Source of the DNA: an uncultured Mycoplasmatota bacterium | GTDB taxonomy: Bacteria; Bacillota_I; Bacilli_A; RF39; UBA660 | Assembly: GCA_946497925.1 (NCBI GenBank) | Contig: CAMMMG010000003.1 | Coordinates: 1-56,977 of the forward strand | DNA: 56,977 nucleotides | Direction: 5' to 3' | In this document: piece after piece, positions 46,385-56,817 of the stretch | How the letters are laid out: every line of letters starts with the position of its first letter | Position numbering within the stretch: the stretch's first letter is position 1 | Notes under the pieces: model-generated | Databases searched by the model: none | Seen by the model: the letters and a program-made list of their open reading frames with translations, nothing else | What the model was told of the DNA's origin: nothing | Position numbers and translations under genes: made by a program

Positions 46385-47047
46385 TTATTCTATTTTCCAG
46401 TCTATTGGTTTTAGTCCTTTAGATATTAGAAAATTATTAGTCTTAGAAAATGGTTTACTTCCAAAGAATCCATTGTAAGCTGATAGTGGTGAAGGATGAG
46501 CTGACTCTACAATATAATGATTTTTGTTAGTTATTAACTTCTTTTTGTTTCTTGCAAAGCTTCCCCAAAGAATGAAAACTATAGGCTCCTCTTTTTTATC
46601 TAATAGTTCTATTATCTTATCAGTAAATATTTCCCAGCCTTTATCTTTATGAGAGGCTGCCATATTTGCTTCAACTGTTAATACGGCATTAAGAAGTAAG
46701 ACTCCTTGATCTGCCCAAGGAATAAGACTACTTGTTTCAGGAAAAGGTATTCCTAAGTCATCATTTAATTCTTTAAAGATATTTTGTAGTGAAGGTGGTT
46801 TTCTAATACCATTCTTTACTGAAAAAGATAGTCCTTCCGCTTGATGTTCTCCATGGTATGGGTCTTGCCCTAGTATTACTACTTTAACATCTTTATAGGC
46901 AGTATGTCTTAAGGCATTAAATATCTCATTTTTAGGTGGATAAATAGTCTTCTCTTTATATTCTTTATTAACAAAATCTATTAGTTTTTTAAAATAATCT
47001 TTATTATATTCTTCTTTTAAATAAATATCCCAATCATTTCCAATCAT
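46385..47047 (-). CDS. ung: uracil-DNA glycosylase
   Basis: GQDPYH, GVLLLN and HPSPLS motifs. AGGAG Shine-Dalgarno before ATG 47047. Confidence 0.9.
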   Translation of the reverse strand: MIGNDWDIYLKEEYNKDYFKKLIDFVNKEYKEKTIYPPKNEIFNALRHTAYKDVKVVILGQDPYHGEHQAEGLSFSVKNGIRKPPSLQNIFKELNDDLGIPFPETSSLIPWADQGVLLLNAVLTVEANMAASHKDKGWEIFTDKIIELLDKKEEPIVFILWGSFARNKKKLITNKNHYIVESAHPSPLSAYNGFFGSKPFSKTNNFLISKGLKPIDWKIE

Positions 47048-47057
47048 ACTTAATCTC

Positions 47058-47510
47058 CTACTTATGATAATTTTCATTATTTCTTATTTTATAAGTTCTA
47101 TATATTTGTTCTAATAATATTACTCTAAATAATTGATGAGGAAAAGTTAGTTTAGAAAAAGATAAACTAAAGTTAGCACGTTTTTTTACTTCTTCACTTA
47201 AGCCATAACTTCCTCCTATTATAAAGGTTATATTACTATTGACTGATTCTAATCTACATAATTTATTAGTAAGTTCTACTGATGATAGTTCTTGTCCATT
47301 AATGTCAAGAATGATTACATTATCAGTTTCTTTTAGGTGCTTTAAAATGAGTTTACCTTCCTCTTTTTTCACTTTATCTATTTCATTGTAACTAATATCA
47401 GGTAGTTCTACTATGTCTAATTTTGTATATTTAGATAGTCTCTTTTTATATTCATCTATCGCATCATTTAAATATTTTTCTTTTATCTTACCTACACATA
47501 TTAACTTCAT
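47058..47510 (-). CDS. rlmH: 23S rRNA (pseudouridine1915-N3)-methyltransferase RlmH
   Basis: SPOUT family: MKLICVGKIKEKYL..., FIIGGSYGLS, LTFPHQLFRVILLEQIYR. Confidence 0.85.
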   Translation of the reverse strand: MKLICVGKIKEKYLNDAIDEYKKRLSKYTKLDIVELPDISYNEIDKVKKEEGKLILKHLKETDNVIILDINGQELSSVELTNKLCRLESVNSNITFIIGGSYGLSEEVKKRANFSLSFSKLTFPHQLFRVILLEQIYRTYKIRNNENYHK

Positions 47511-48270
47511 TATACACCTCTATTTCTTCTAGGGCTTCACTTTGTTTAGCGACTACTATTTTTATATCACTTCTATCTTTTAAAGATTCTCTTGAGGTAT
47601 TGTAAGCGATTTCTTCTTTGTTATTGTGTTCACTAAGGTGAGCGAGTATTATGTATTTAGTATTATCTCCTACTAATTTCTTTAGATACTTAGCAGTAGT
47701 ATCATTAGATAAATGGCCTTCATCACTTATTATTCTTTGTTTTAAATAATAGGGATATGGGCCATCCATTAACATTTTCTCATCATGATTACTTTCTATA
47801 TAATAAATATTTTTATTTTCAAGTAACGGGAAATACTTACGATTTAAATAACCTGTATCTGTTATATATACTAGAGAGTTATTATCTTCAGTTATTAGAA
47901 AACCAACGGATCCTTTAGCATCATGGCTTGTTTTAAATACATTTATTTCGGTATTATTTAAATGTATTAAAGAATTATAAAGTTCTACTCTATCATTATC
48001 TATATCTACTGTTAATTCTTTTATAATATCTTTATTAGTATAAATCTTAAAGTTTGTATGTTTCAATAATACTTTAAGGCCACTAGTATGGTCATTATGA
48101 GCATGGGTTAAAAATAAGGTATCTATGTCATCTGTAGTTAAATTCATCTTCTCTAATTCTTTTTTTAATCTCTGATAGGTAATTCCTATATCAATAAGAA
48201 AGCGAGTAGATTTTGTTTCAATTAATGAACAGTTTCCTTTAGATCCACTCGCTAGTACTTTTATTTTCAT
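47488..48270 (-). CDS. MBL-fold metallo-hydrolase (YycJ/WalJ-like)
   Basis: THAHNDH motif. Its position upstream of rlmH matches yycJ in Bacillus. Confidence 0.75.
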   Translation of the reverse strand: MKIKVLASGSKGNCSLIETKSTRFLIDIGITYQRLKKELEKMNLTTDDIDTLFLTHAHNDHTSGLKVLLKHTNFKIYTNKDIIKELTVDIDNDRVELYNSLIHLNNTEINVFKTSHDAKGSVGFLITEDNNSLVYITDTGYLNRKYFPLLENKNIYYIESNHDEKMLMDGPYPYYLKQRIISDEGHLSNDTTAKYLKKLVGDNTKYIILAHLSEHNNKEEIAYNTSRESLKDRSDIKIVVAKQSEALEEIEVYNEVNMCR

Positions 48271-49787
48271 TAGAATAAACTCATTGGATTCATAGAAGAT
48301 GAACCACGACTATATGGATAACCTCTCCATAATCCAAAGTGAAGATGAACTCCTGTTGCTGCTCCTGTTCTACCCATAGAACCTATTGTATCTCCTTGTG
48401 ATACTTCTTGACCTACACTAACATAACGTTCTGCAAGATGGGCATACATTGTATAGTAACCGTTGTTATGATTAATAACAATATATTCACCATTATCATA
48501 TTTATAACTTGAAGCGACTACAATTCCATTATTAGAAGCATAGATTGGTGAACCAAAACCTGCTCCTGCAATATCCATACCATCATGAAGAGTTCCCCAA
48601 CGATATCCATAAGGACTACTTACATAATATGGAGTTCTTGTTGGCCATAACCAGTATCCTTCTACTTTACTATTACTACTAAGGCCACTGTTTACACCGC
48701 CGCTTCCACCTCTTTGTTTAGTTCCTTTTACTATTATTCTTTTTATTGGTTCTTTTAATACTTGGGTAGCACCATTATCAATAACAGCACTTTCTACTTG
48801 ACCATTAACTTTTTGAACTTTTGATGTTACTAGTTGAGAACCTACTACACCTTCTTGAATAGTTTCTTCATAATTAGAATACTTTGTATTATCATATCTT
48901 GTCTCTGTTTCATAAGGTATATCTTGAGCCCGTACTTGATGATCTATTTCTACTAATCTAAATTGTGGCTTAATGATACTTATTGTAACATTTTGCCCTT
49001 CATATAAAAGGTTATTAGCATCAGTAAACTCTGGATTTGCAATTAAAAATTCTTCATTAGATAATTTATTATTGAAAGCGACATCACTAATTGTATCTCC
49101 TGCTTGAACAGTATATTTTTGTTGTTCATCAAGAGTTCCAAATAATAGATATTTACTTAAATCATCAACATTTTCATAGATAGTTTCGTCTGATGGAATA
49201 TTAGTCTCTTTAACTGTTACTTTATTTTCTATATAGATGTTTTCAATAACAGTACCTGTATCGCCACTTTCTATTTCTTTTTGGTCGTTATTAAGATATT
49301 TATCATAACTATCACTATCTACAAATGATCTTATTGTTTTATCCATTGCTTCTTCAAATACTTCTTTATCAAGGACATAGATAGTTTGGTCTTTCCCTTC
49401 TACTGTTTCTCCTTCTTCATTAGTAGTATCAATACCTTCTATAGTTATTTCATAACCTTTAATAGTAAATGGCTCTATATCTTTAATCTTGTTATATATT
49501 TCTTTAGTTGTAGAGATATTTTCATTGTAAGTTACATCTTTTACTACTTCTAAATCTTCAGGTGCATATACTTTATCGGCATTATATTTATCTTTTAAAG
49601 TTTGTTGTTCTTTGTCTATATATTCATCAAGGGAATCTTTATCATTAATTAATCCCACTGATTTACCTGCTAAATAGACTCTGTAAACATTTTTAGGAGT
49701 TAATGTTTCTTCTTTTGGTACTATAAACATTATAATTAAACTTACCATTAAGGCAATTACTATAGTAATTATAGTTTTTATATTCAT
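48270..49787 (-). CDS. membrane-anchored LysM / G5-like / M23 peptidoglycan metallopeptidase
   Basis: N-terminal TM, LysM (YTVQAGDTISDVAF), and M23 motifs HDGMDIA and VHLHFGL. Confidence 0.75.
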   Translation of the reverse strand: MNIKTIITIVIALMVSLIIMFIVPKEETLTPKNVYRVYLAGKSVGLINDKDSLDEYIDKEQQTLKDKYNADKVYAPEDLEVVKDVTYNENISTTKEIYNKIKDIEPFTIKGYEITIEGIDTTNEEGETVEGKDQTIYVLDKEVFEEAMDKTIRSFVDSDSYDKYLNNDQKEIESGDTGTVIENIYIENKVTVKETNIPSDETIYENVDDLSKYLLFGTLDEQQKYTVQAGDTISDVAFNNKLSNEEFLIANPEFTDANNLLYEGQNVTISIIKPQFRLVEIDHQVRAQDIPYETETRYDNTKYSNYEETIQEGVVGSQLVTSKVQKVNGQVESAVIDNGATQVLKEPIKRIIVKGTKQRGGSGGVNSGLSSNSKVEGYWLWPTRTPYYVSSPYGYRWGTLHDGMDIAGAGFGSPIYASNNGIVVASSYKYDNGEYIVINHNNGYYTMYAHLAERYVSVGQEVSQGDTIGSMGRTGAATGVHLHFGLWRGYPYSRGSSSMNPMSLF

Positions 49788-49788
49788 C

Positions 49789-51135
49789 TTATTCCTCCTC
49801 TATTTCATTTTTACTCATATTTAAGAATGTTGAAGTATCTTTTTTAAATAGTAATTGTATTGTCGCTTGGGGTCCACTACGATGCTTAGCGATGATAAAT
49901 TCACTGATACTAGTTGCATCATTTTTAGCTTCTTTATTGTAGTAATCATCACGATAAAGGAATCCAACAAGGTCAGCATCTTGCTCTATTGAACCTGATT
50001 CTCTTAAGTCTGATAACATTGGCCTTTTATCTTCTCTTCCTTCAACACTACGAGATAATTGGGCTAAGGCAATTACAGGAATATGTAATTCCATCGCTAG
50101 AGTTTTTAGACTACGAGAGATATCTGCTACTTCTTGTTGACGGTTAGCACCATAGTTTTTACCACCAGATATCAATTGTAGGTAGTCGATTATTACTAGG
50201 TCTAGGCCATCTGAAGATGATGATAAACGACGACATTTAGCACGGATTTCTCCTATTGTTATACCTGGTGTATCATCTATATATAGTTTGGCATTACTTA
50301 ACTGACTAACTGCTTGGTCAAACCTTTTCCAGTCATTATTTAACATCTTACCTGTTCTAAGTTTATAACCTTCTATTTGACCTAGAGATGAGATAATACG
50401 GCTTGCTAATTGCTCGGCACCCATTTCAAGGTTGAATACGGCTACTGTTTTATCAGTATGAGTTGTAACATAGGTTGCAAGATTTAAAGCGAAAGCAGTT
50501 TTACCCATACCAGGACGAGCGGCAAGGATTATTAACTCATTTTCATGAAGTCCTGCTGTTACTTTATCAATATCATACCATCCTGTAGGAATACCTGTTA
50601 TTTCTCCTTTAGTTTCTGCTAGTTTTTGTAGGTCTTCTTCTGTTTTTTCTAGAACTTTTTGGATTGACTTAAACTCACTAGCTTTTCTATTTTTAGCGAT
50701 TGTTAGTATTTTACGCTCTGCATCGTCTAAGATGTCACCAATACTTTCTTCACTGTTATAACCTGTTGATGCGATAGATTCTGCTGTTTCTATTAATCTT
50801 CTAAGAAGTGATGTATTCTCTACTTCTTTTATATAGTATTCTATATTACTTGCCGTTGGAACAAAGGTTGTTATTTCTGTTAAGTAGGTAACTCCTCCTA
50901 CATCATTCAAATAGTCTAATTTAGTTAAAGTAGTAGTTAAAGTAGTTAAATCTACTGGAGTTTTTTCTTCTACTAATTTTTTTAATGCAGTAAATATTTT
51001 AGAATTTCTAGCATCATAGAAGTCTGTTTCATCTAAAGTTTCAATTGCCATTAATAAAGCATTATTTGATAAGAAACATGCACCTAAGACACTTTTTTCT
51101 GCTTCTAAATTTTGTGGGGCTTGTTTTAAAGCCAT
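49789..51135 (-). CDS. dnaB: replicative DNA helicase
   Basis: PQNLEAEKSVLG, Walker A ARPGMGKTAFALN, Walker B VIIDYLQLI. AGGTGA Shine-Dalgarno before ATG 51135. Confidence 0.9.
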   Translation of the reverse strand: MALKQAPQNLEAEKSVLGACFLSNNALLMAIETLDETDFYDARNSKIFTALKKLVEEKTPVDLTTLTTTLTKLDYLNDVGGVTYLTEITTFVPTASNIEYYIKEVENTSLLRRLIETAESIASTGYNSEESIGDILDDAERKILTIAKNRKASEFKSIQKVLEKTEEDLQKLAETKGEITGIPTGWYDIDKVTAGLHENELIILAARPGMGKTAFALNLATYVTTHTDKTVAVFNLEMGAEQLASRIISSLGQIEGYKLRTGKMLNNDWKRFDQAVSQLSNAKLYIDDTPGITIGEIRAKCRRLSSSSDGLDLVIIDYLQLISGGKNYGANRQQEVADISRSLKTLAMELHIPVIALAQLSRSVEGREDKRPMLSDLRESGSIEQDADLVGFLYRDDYYNKEAKNDATSISEFIIAKHRSGPQATIQLLFKKDTSTFLNMSKNEIEEE

Positions 51136-51144
51136 TATCATCAC

Positions 51145-51585
51145 CTACTTAACTAAATGTATTTTTACTTTGGCATTTATGTTTTTATATAGTTCTACTT
51201 CAATATTATGAAAACCTAAAGATGAAGGAGAACTTGTTAGTTTAATCATACTCTTATCAAAGTCATAGCCTTTTTCTTTTAAGGCTTCTTTTATTTGTTT
51301 AACACTAATACTTCCAAAGACTTTATCATTATCACCTGTTTTAACTTTAAAAGTTAAAGTTACTTTTTCTAACTTTTCTTTTATACTTAAAGCTTCTTTT
51401 TTAGCTTTCTCTTCTTCTTTAGCTTTAGCTTTGTTCTCATCTTCTAATTTTTCTAGGGAACTTTTAGTAGATTTAATAGCATAGCCTTTTTTTATTAAGA
51501 AGTTTTCAGCATAGCCATCTTTTACTTGTTTTATTTCACCCTTTTTACCTTGTCCTTTTAAATCTTTTATAAAGATTACTTCCAT
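51145..51585 (-). CDS. rplI: 50S ribosomal protein L9
   Basis: [31 protein letters not shown]. Confidence 0.9.
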   Translation of the reverse strand: MEVIFIKDLKGQGKKGEIKQVKDGYAENFLIKKGYAIKSTKSSLEKLEDENKAKAKEEEKAKKEALSIKEKLEKVTLTFKVKTGDNDKVFGSISVKQIKEALKEKGYDFDKSMIKLTSSPSSLGFHNIEVELYKNINAKVKIHLVK

Positions 51586-51586
51586 A

Positions 51587-52579
51587 CTATTCCTCCTCTT
51601 TTTTTAAGATTTGTTTTAGTTTTGTTTCAACTTTACTAATAGTACTATCACTAATTCTAGTGGCTCCTACTGTTTTGTTACCTCCTCCACCTAATGGAGT
51701 AAGCATTTTAGAAATATCATAGTTACCTAGACTTCTACCACTAACAGAAATTGTTTTAGAGGTGGTTTTAGCAATGACAAATGATGCTTCTATATCATTG
51801 AAGAATAGAAGGGTATCGGCAATTTTAGCGATATCTTCTCTTCTATATATCATATAAGGACTACCTTTAGCGATAGCGATTGTGCTATCTATAATATCAA
51901 CATTAGTGATTAGTTTCTGTCTTTCTATATACTCTTTTAAATCTTGTTTTAAAAGATACTGAACTTTCTTAGTACTTGCTCCCATACTTGCTAGATAGTA
52001 TGCTGCATAGTATGTTTCAGAGTTTGTCTTTAATGTAAAGTTATTTGTATCTAGGACTATTCCTGATAATAAAAGAGTTGCATAATAAGGGTCTAGTTCC
52101 ATTTTGTAAGTCTCTATTAAATTAGTAATCATCTCACAAGTACTAGATATATCATTATCTATTATTCTAAGTCCAGCATCAATTGATGTTTCTCCTAGTT
52201 CATGATGGTCTAGGATAATGATATTTTCTTTATCAAAATAATTTATGGCATCACTTGCTTGTACTAATTCTTCTTTATTGGTATCTAGTATTACTAGTAA
52301 GTTTTTCTTACTTCTTATATAAAGATTATCTTCTATTTCATTATCTTTAATTATATTTAAACATCCTTCTAATTCTTTAAAGACTTTAGATACACCTGAT
52401 TCATGTTTAGTATCATTAATAATTAGAAAACAATTTTTATTTAGTTTTTCTAAGATAATGTAAAGACCTATGGAACTACCTAGGGCATCTAAATCTAAAT
52501 CTTTATGTGCCATTATAAAAACTGTTTTAGCAGATTTTATTTTTTTTCTTAGTTCATTTTTTCTTTCTATTAATTTCAT
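51587..52579 (-). CDS. stand-alone DHH/DHHA1 phosphoesterase in the gdpP position
   Basis: DHH motifs [17 protein letters not shown] and VLDTNNF. The DHHA1 motif reads [10 protein letters not shown] where GGGH is expected. There are no TM, PAS or GGDEF parts. Confidence 0.7.
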   Translation of the reverse strand: MKLIERKNELRKKIKSAKTVFIMAHKDLDLDALGSSIGLYIILEKLNKNCFLIINDTKHESGVSKVFKELEGCLNIIKDNEIEDNLYIRSKKNLLVILDTNKEELVQASDAINYFDKENIIILDHHELGETSIDAGLRIIDNDISSTCEMITNLIETYKMELDPYYATLLLSGIVLDTNNFTLKTNSETYYAAYYLASMGASTKKVQYLLKQDLKEYIERQKLITNVDIIDSTIAIAKGSPYMIYRREDIAKIADTLLFFNDIEASFVIAKTTSKTISVSGRSLGNYDISKMLTPLGGGGNKTVGATRISDSTISKVETKLKQILKKEEE

Positions 52580-52669
52580 TAGATCCTCCTTTTATCCCTT
52601 GGTAATATTATATACTATTTTAAGTGATAAGTAAAACTTGTAATGAAAAAAGTAAATAGTTGTTTCTAT

Positions 52670-52906
52670 TTACTTTGTAAATGGTAATAAACCAATAGCT
52701 CTTGCTCTTTTAATTTCTCTTGCTATATGTCTTTGATGACGAGCACAAGTTCCAGTTACACGACGAGGAACTATTTTACCTCTATCGTTTATGAATCTTT
52801 TTAATGTATCTACATCTTTATAGTTAACGTCTTTTCCAGTACACATTATACATACTTTCTTTTTACGACGTCCAAATTCTTTATGTTCTTTAAAGTCTTT
52901 AGCCAT
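52670..52906 (-). CDS. rpsR: 30S ribosomal protein S18
   Basis: [32 protein letters not shown]. Confidence 0.9.
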   Translation of the reverse strand: MAKDFKEHKEFGRRKKKVCIMCTGKDVNYKDVDTLKRFINDRGKIVPRRVTGTCARHQRHIAREIKRARAIGLLPFTK

Positions 52907-52925
52907 AGACTATTCCTCCCTTCTT

Positions 52926-53435
52926 TTAAAATGGTAATTCACTATCATCAATTTCAATACTTGCCCCAAAATCGGCGAATGGATTACTTGAGATATCAGT
53001 TCCATTATTTGATGATGGTTCATCTTTAAAGTCATATGGAGTTGGCTCTGCTGGTTGGTTAGATTGAGCAGGTGCTGATTGATTGTTATAATTGCTAGTT
53101 CCTGATGATTGATTATCTCTTTTTGAACCAATAAATTCAACACTATCAGCGATTACTTCAGTAACATAACGACGTTGTCCGTTTTGGTCATCATAGTTAC
53201 GTACTTGAATACGTCCTTCTACTGCTACTTGACTACCTTGTGATAGATAATTTTTAACACTTTCAGCTTGTCTACGCCATACGACAACTGGTATAAAGTC
53301 TGCTTCTCTTTCTCCTGCTTGGTTAGTATAAGTTCTATTAACGGCAATAGTAAAACTTGCTACTGGTGTATTGTTACCTGTATAACGAAGTTCAGGATCA
53401 CGAGTTAAGCGACCTATTAAAAATACTTTATTCAT
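52926..53435 (-). CDS. ssb: single-stranded DNA-binding protein
   Basis: MNKVFLIGRLTRDPELRYT OB fold, a Q/N/S-rich linker, and the acidic tail DDSELPF. Confidence 0.9.
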   Translation of the reverse strand: MNKVFLIGRLTRDPELRYTGNNTPVASFTIAVNRTYTNQAGEREADFIPVVVWRRQAESVKNYLSQGSQVAVEGRIQVRNYDDQNGQRRYVTEVIADSVEFIGSKRDNQSSGTSNYNNQSAPAQSNQPAEPTPYDFKDEPSSNNGTDISSNPFADFGASIEIDDSELPF

Positions 53436-53449
53436 AAATACCTCTTTTC

Positions 53450-53737
53450 TTAATCGTCTATTCTAATAACTAAATGACGTAAAATATTTTCATTAAGACG
53501 CGCTAGACGATCAAATTCAGAAATTGCTTCATGAGTTGCTTCTACAACATATAAGAAATAATAACCATTTTTATATTTGTTCATTTCATAAGCTAATTCT
53601 TTTTGTCCCATTGCTTTTTCTTCATTAATCTTACATTTTCTATCAGTTAAAACTTTCTTTAGATTTTCTGCTTCTTTTTTAATAGCAGCTTCTTCTAAAT
53701 CTGGTTTAACGATAAACATGATTTCATAATTTGTCAT
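53450..53737 (-). CDS. rpsF: 30S ribosomal protein S6
   Basis: MTNYEIMFIVKPDLEE.... GGAGGTG Shine-Dalgarno before ATG 53737. Confidence 0.9.
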   Translation of the reverse strand: MTNYEIMFIVKPDLEEAAIKKEAENLKKVLTDRKCKINEEKAMGQKELAYEMNKYKNGYYFLYVVEATHEAISEFDRLARLNENILRHLVIRIDD

Positions 53738-53841
53738 TAAACACACCTCCTTCTGGACATAAGACCTATTTCTAGGTAAGGAGCATTTTAAATACTCGGT
53801 AGTATTATAGCAAAAGAAAAAAGAAAAGTCTATCTTTTTCT

Positions 53842-54642
53842 TTAATTTTGTATTTCTTTATAAAAACAACCTACAAAGTTTTGACCATTTGGTTTAGGTT
53901 CATTTCTTTTTTCATTAGTATGAGAATAGTAATTAGGATTAGTATAAGTATCATATGGACTTACTTCTATTTGATATTCTTCTATTCCTTGCTCTTCTAA
54001 TTGATTTTTTATAGCAGAAACTAAGTCTATATAATAGTAATTATCTTTTTTCTTTATATTATTTTTCCATACTTTAGTATTCGTTGCCCATTTAGGATAA
54101 ACTTCATAGCGATAACTTTCTTCTTTTATACAACTTCCAATATATACTTTAATATCCTTAATATTACTATTAGACTCTTTTAATAAGGCTTCCATAGTAT
54201 ATCTAGGAACTTCTCTATTTATTTGTTTAGAACCACAATGGGAAATAGCGACAACTTTATTTTTAGTATCTGCTGCTATTATGATTGGGCAGTCTGCCAT
54301 ACCATGTCCTATTACAATATTAGGATAGTTTTTATCTATTATTAGGATATCAGCAAGTAAATCTATATACCAATAGTCTTCTTTTGTTAAGTACTTATTA
54401 CTTATTCTTATATATTTACCATCAGAATAGTCAGTTATAAACTTTACGTCTTTTTGTTTAGGATGTAATATTTTTCTACCATCGAAACCATACTTTTTCC
54501 CTACTTTTAATCTAGTATTTAAAAACTCTTCTTCTATCCTTTTATCTGTGTAATCTTTAGAATAGAACTTTTTATTTGGACTCATGACACCATCACTAAT
54601 ATTTGTTTCAAAAATAACCAATTTATATTTTGAGTTGTTCAT
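53842..54642 (-). CDS. DUF152 / PgeF (YfiH, laccase-domain)-like protein
   Basis: The H..ADC...(n)..SHCG pattern (GHGMADCPIII...VAISHCGSKQ) matches the His-Cys-His centre of the Cu-oxidase_4 family. The sequence is divergent. Confidence 0.5.
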   Translation of the reverse strand: MNNSKYKLVIFETNISDGVMSPNKKFYSKDYTDKRIEEEFLNTRLKVGKKYGFDGRKILHPKQKDVKFITDYSDGKYIRISNKYLTKEDYWYIDLLADILIIDKNYPNIVIGHGMADCPIIIAADTKNKVVAISHCGSKQINREVPRYTMEALLKESNSNIKDIKVYIGSCIKEESYRYEVYPKWATNTKVWKNNIKKKDNYYYIDLVSAIKNQLEEQGIEEYQIEVSPYDTYTNPNYYSHTNEKRNEPKPNGQNFVGCFYKEIQN

Positions 54643-54659
54643 TTAATATATCTTTTCCT

Positions 54660-55757
54660 TTATACATTAAATCTAAAGTGACAGATATCTCCATCTTGCA
54701 TTAGATAATCTTTTCCTTCAAGTCTTGCTTTACCTGCTTCTCTTGCTTTTAATTCACTACCACAGTTTATTAAGTCTTCATATGAGATAACTTCTGCTTT
54801 AATAAAACCTTTTTCAAAGTCTGTATGAATGATACCGGCACAAGATTTTGCATTCATTCCTTTTTTAAAAGTCCATGCTCTTACTTCATCAGGTCCTACT
54901 GTGAAATATGTTGCAAGTCCTAATAAGTCATATGTTGCTGATATTAGTGAATCTAACCCACTTTTTTCAAGCCCTAAAGCCTCTAACATTTCTTTTTCGT
55001 CTATATCATCTAACTCACTTAATTCTTCTTCTACTTTGGCACAGATTGTAATAACTTTAGCATTTTCTTTGCTAGCATATTCTTTTACTTTTTTAACATA
55101 ATCATTGTTTGTACCTAAATCATTTTCATTAACATTTGCTAGATAAATTAAAGGTTTTTCTGTTAGAAGATTAAAACTTTTGATGATAGATTTCTCTTCT
55201 TTTGTTAAGTCAAGTAATCTTATCGGAGTATTTTCTTCTAAGGCTTTTCTTAACTTTTCTAGTGTTTCATACTCTAAAAGTTCATCTTTATCTTTACTCA
55301 TTCTAGCTTTCTTACTAATTCTATTTATTCTATTTGTTACTGTTTCTAAGTCTGCTAGAGCAAGTTCTAAGTTAATTGTTTCTATATCTCTTATAGGGTC
55401 TATATTGCCATCGACATGGATTATATTACCATTATCAAAACATCTTACTACTTCACAAATAGCATCTACTTCTCTTATATGTGATAAGAACTTATTACCT
55501 AGTCCTTCTCCTTTACTTGCTCCTTTAACTAGTCCTGCAATATCTATAAATTCATAACTAGTATAGATGGTTCTTTTAGGATTATACATACTAGATAGTT
55601 TATCAATTCGCTCATCTTTAACATTTACTATTCCAACATTAGGATCAATTGTTGCGAAGGGATAGTTTTCTGCTAAAATATGTGTTTTTGTTAAGGCATT
55701 AAATAATGTACTTTTACCTACATTAGGTAGTCCTATAATTCCTGCTTTTAAACTCAT
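54660..55757 (-). CDS. ychF: redox-regulated ribosome-binding ATPase YchF
   Basis: GIIGLPNVGKSTLFNALT, DIAGLVKGAS, and the C-terminal TGS-like DGDICHFRFNV. Confidence 0.9.
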   Translation of the reverse strand: MSLKAGIIGLPNVGKSTLFNALTKTHILAENYPFATIDPNVGIVNVKDERIDKLSSMYNPKRTIYTSYEFIDIAGLVKGASKGEGLGNKFLSHIREVDAICEVVRCFDNGNIIHVDGNIDPIRDIETINLELALADLETVTNRINRISKKARMSKDKDELLEYETLEKLRKALEENTPIRLLDLTKEEKSIIKSFNLLTEKPLIYLANVNENDLGTNNDYVKKVKEYASKENAKVITICAKVEEELSELDDIDEKEMLEALGLEKSGLDSLISATYDLLGLATYFTVGPDEVRAWTFKKGMNAKSCAGIIHTDFEKGFIKAEVISYEDLINCGSELKAREAGKARLEGKDYLMQDGDICHFRFNV

Positions 55758-55866
55758 AATATTACCTCATTTCTATTTCATATTATAGCATTGTTATATT
55801 TATTTTAAAAGAAAAAGACCTAATTAATTTTTAATAAGGTATGTTTTCTAGAAGTTTTAAATATAA

Positions 55867-56817
55867 TTATATTCTTTTATGACTATTATCATAATAATCA
55901 GTTGGTGTACTATATAAGGCTTCAGTTAGTTGTTTTTCGTAGTATTCTGTTTCATCATTCCATTTTTTTGCATCAAATCTATATGGATTATTTTTTACCC
56001 TTTCATTTTTTACAAAGACTACTGTCATATCATCTGTTACTTTTTTCCTAAAATTGGAATCTTGCATAGTTTTTGCATATAATTTTCCTATTTCGATGTT
56101 ATCAGTTCCTTTAAATGCAGGTTCCATGAAAGGGTAATATACTCTATTATTTTGCTTTTCACTCATAACAATAGAATCTAATATACCATCTGTTGCCATC
56201 ATGAAGCCATCAATTGGCTCTATACACTTACCTACTTCCCACATTTCTTTACCTGCTTGAAGAGGATATACAGAACTAGCTTCATCTCCTTTAATTCTTG
56301 TTGTAATCATTGATAATTTTCCATCACTTGTTAGAGCGACTATGCCATCATCACCTATATGTCCATAATACAAATTATTACCATCATACATTGCAAGTGT
56401 TAAGGTTGTTTGATATGAATATGGCAGTTGTTCATTTATAATTGCTTCTTCCTCAATTGCATCTAGTGCCTTTTGCATTGCAGTTCTTATATGTTCTCCT
56501 ATTTCTTTATCATCTGTATTAGAAATATCTAATTTTTTAAAAACTGAAGTTAAATAATTAGTGGATACTTTTACTGCAATAGATGAACCATAATTAGATA
56601 AGGCACATGACCCTACACCATCTGCTATCGCAGCGACTAAAGTTGGATGATTTTTATTAGTAAATCTAACATAATTAGCATCTTGGCATACTTTTCCTTT
56701 TTCTAGATGACTTTTTCCTGTTAATGTTAAGCCTAAAAAATTAATTACTCCTACTTCTTGAAAACTAAGTTCTCCTGGATTTATTAATTTAGATTCATCA
56801 AAATTTAATTTAGTCAT
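55867..56817 (-). CDS. PP2C-like (PP2C_2) serine/threonine phosphatase domain protein
   Basis: GKSHLEKGKVCQDANYV, AAIADGVGS and MMATDGILD resemble metal-binding PP2C motifs. GGAGGAAAATAAA precedes ATG 56817. Confidence 0.55.
   Translation of the reverse strand: MTKLNFDESKLINPGELSFQEVGVINFLGLTLTGKSHLEKGKVCQDANYVRFTNKNHPTLVAAIADGVGSCALSNYGSSIAVKVSTNYLTSVFKKLDISNTDDKEIGEHIRTAMQKALDAIEEEAIINEQLPYSYQTTLTLAMYDGNNLYYGHIGDDGIVALTSDGKLSMITTRIKGDEASSVYPLQAGKEMWEVGKCIEPIDGFMMATDGILDSIVMSEKQNNRVYYPFMEPAFKGTDNIEIGKLYAKTMQDSNFRKKVTDDMTVVFVKNERVKNNPYRFDAKKWNDETEYYEKQLTEALYSTPTDYYDNSHKRI

Noticed and set aside
52910-53143. 77-aa minus-strand ORF overlapping the ssb 3' half in another frame.
   Set aside because: It is an alternative frame of the low-complexity Q/N/S-rich SSB linker. 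The ssb frame ends in the canonical DDSELPF tail, and this ORF has no independent support.
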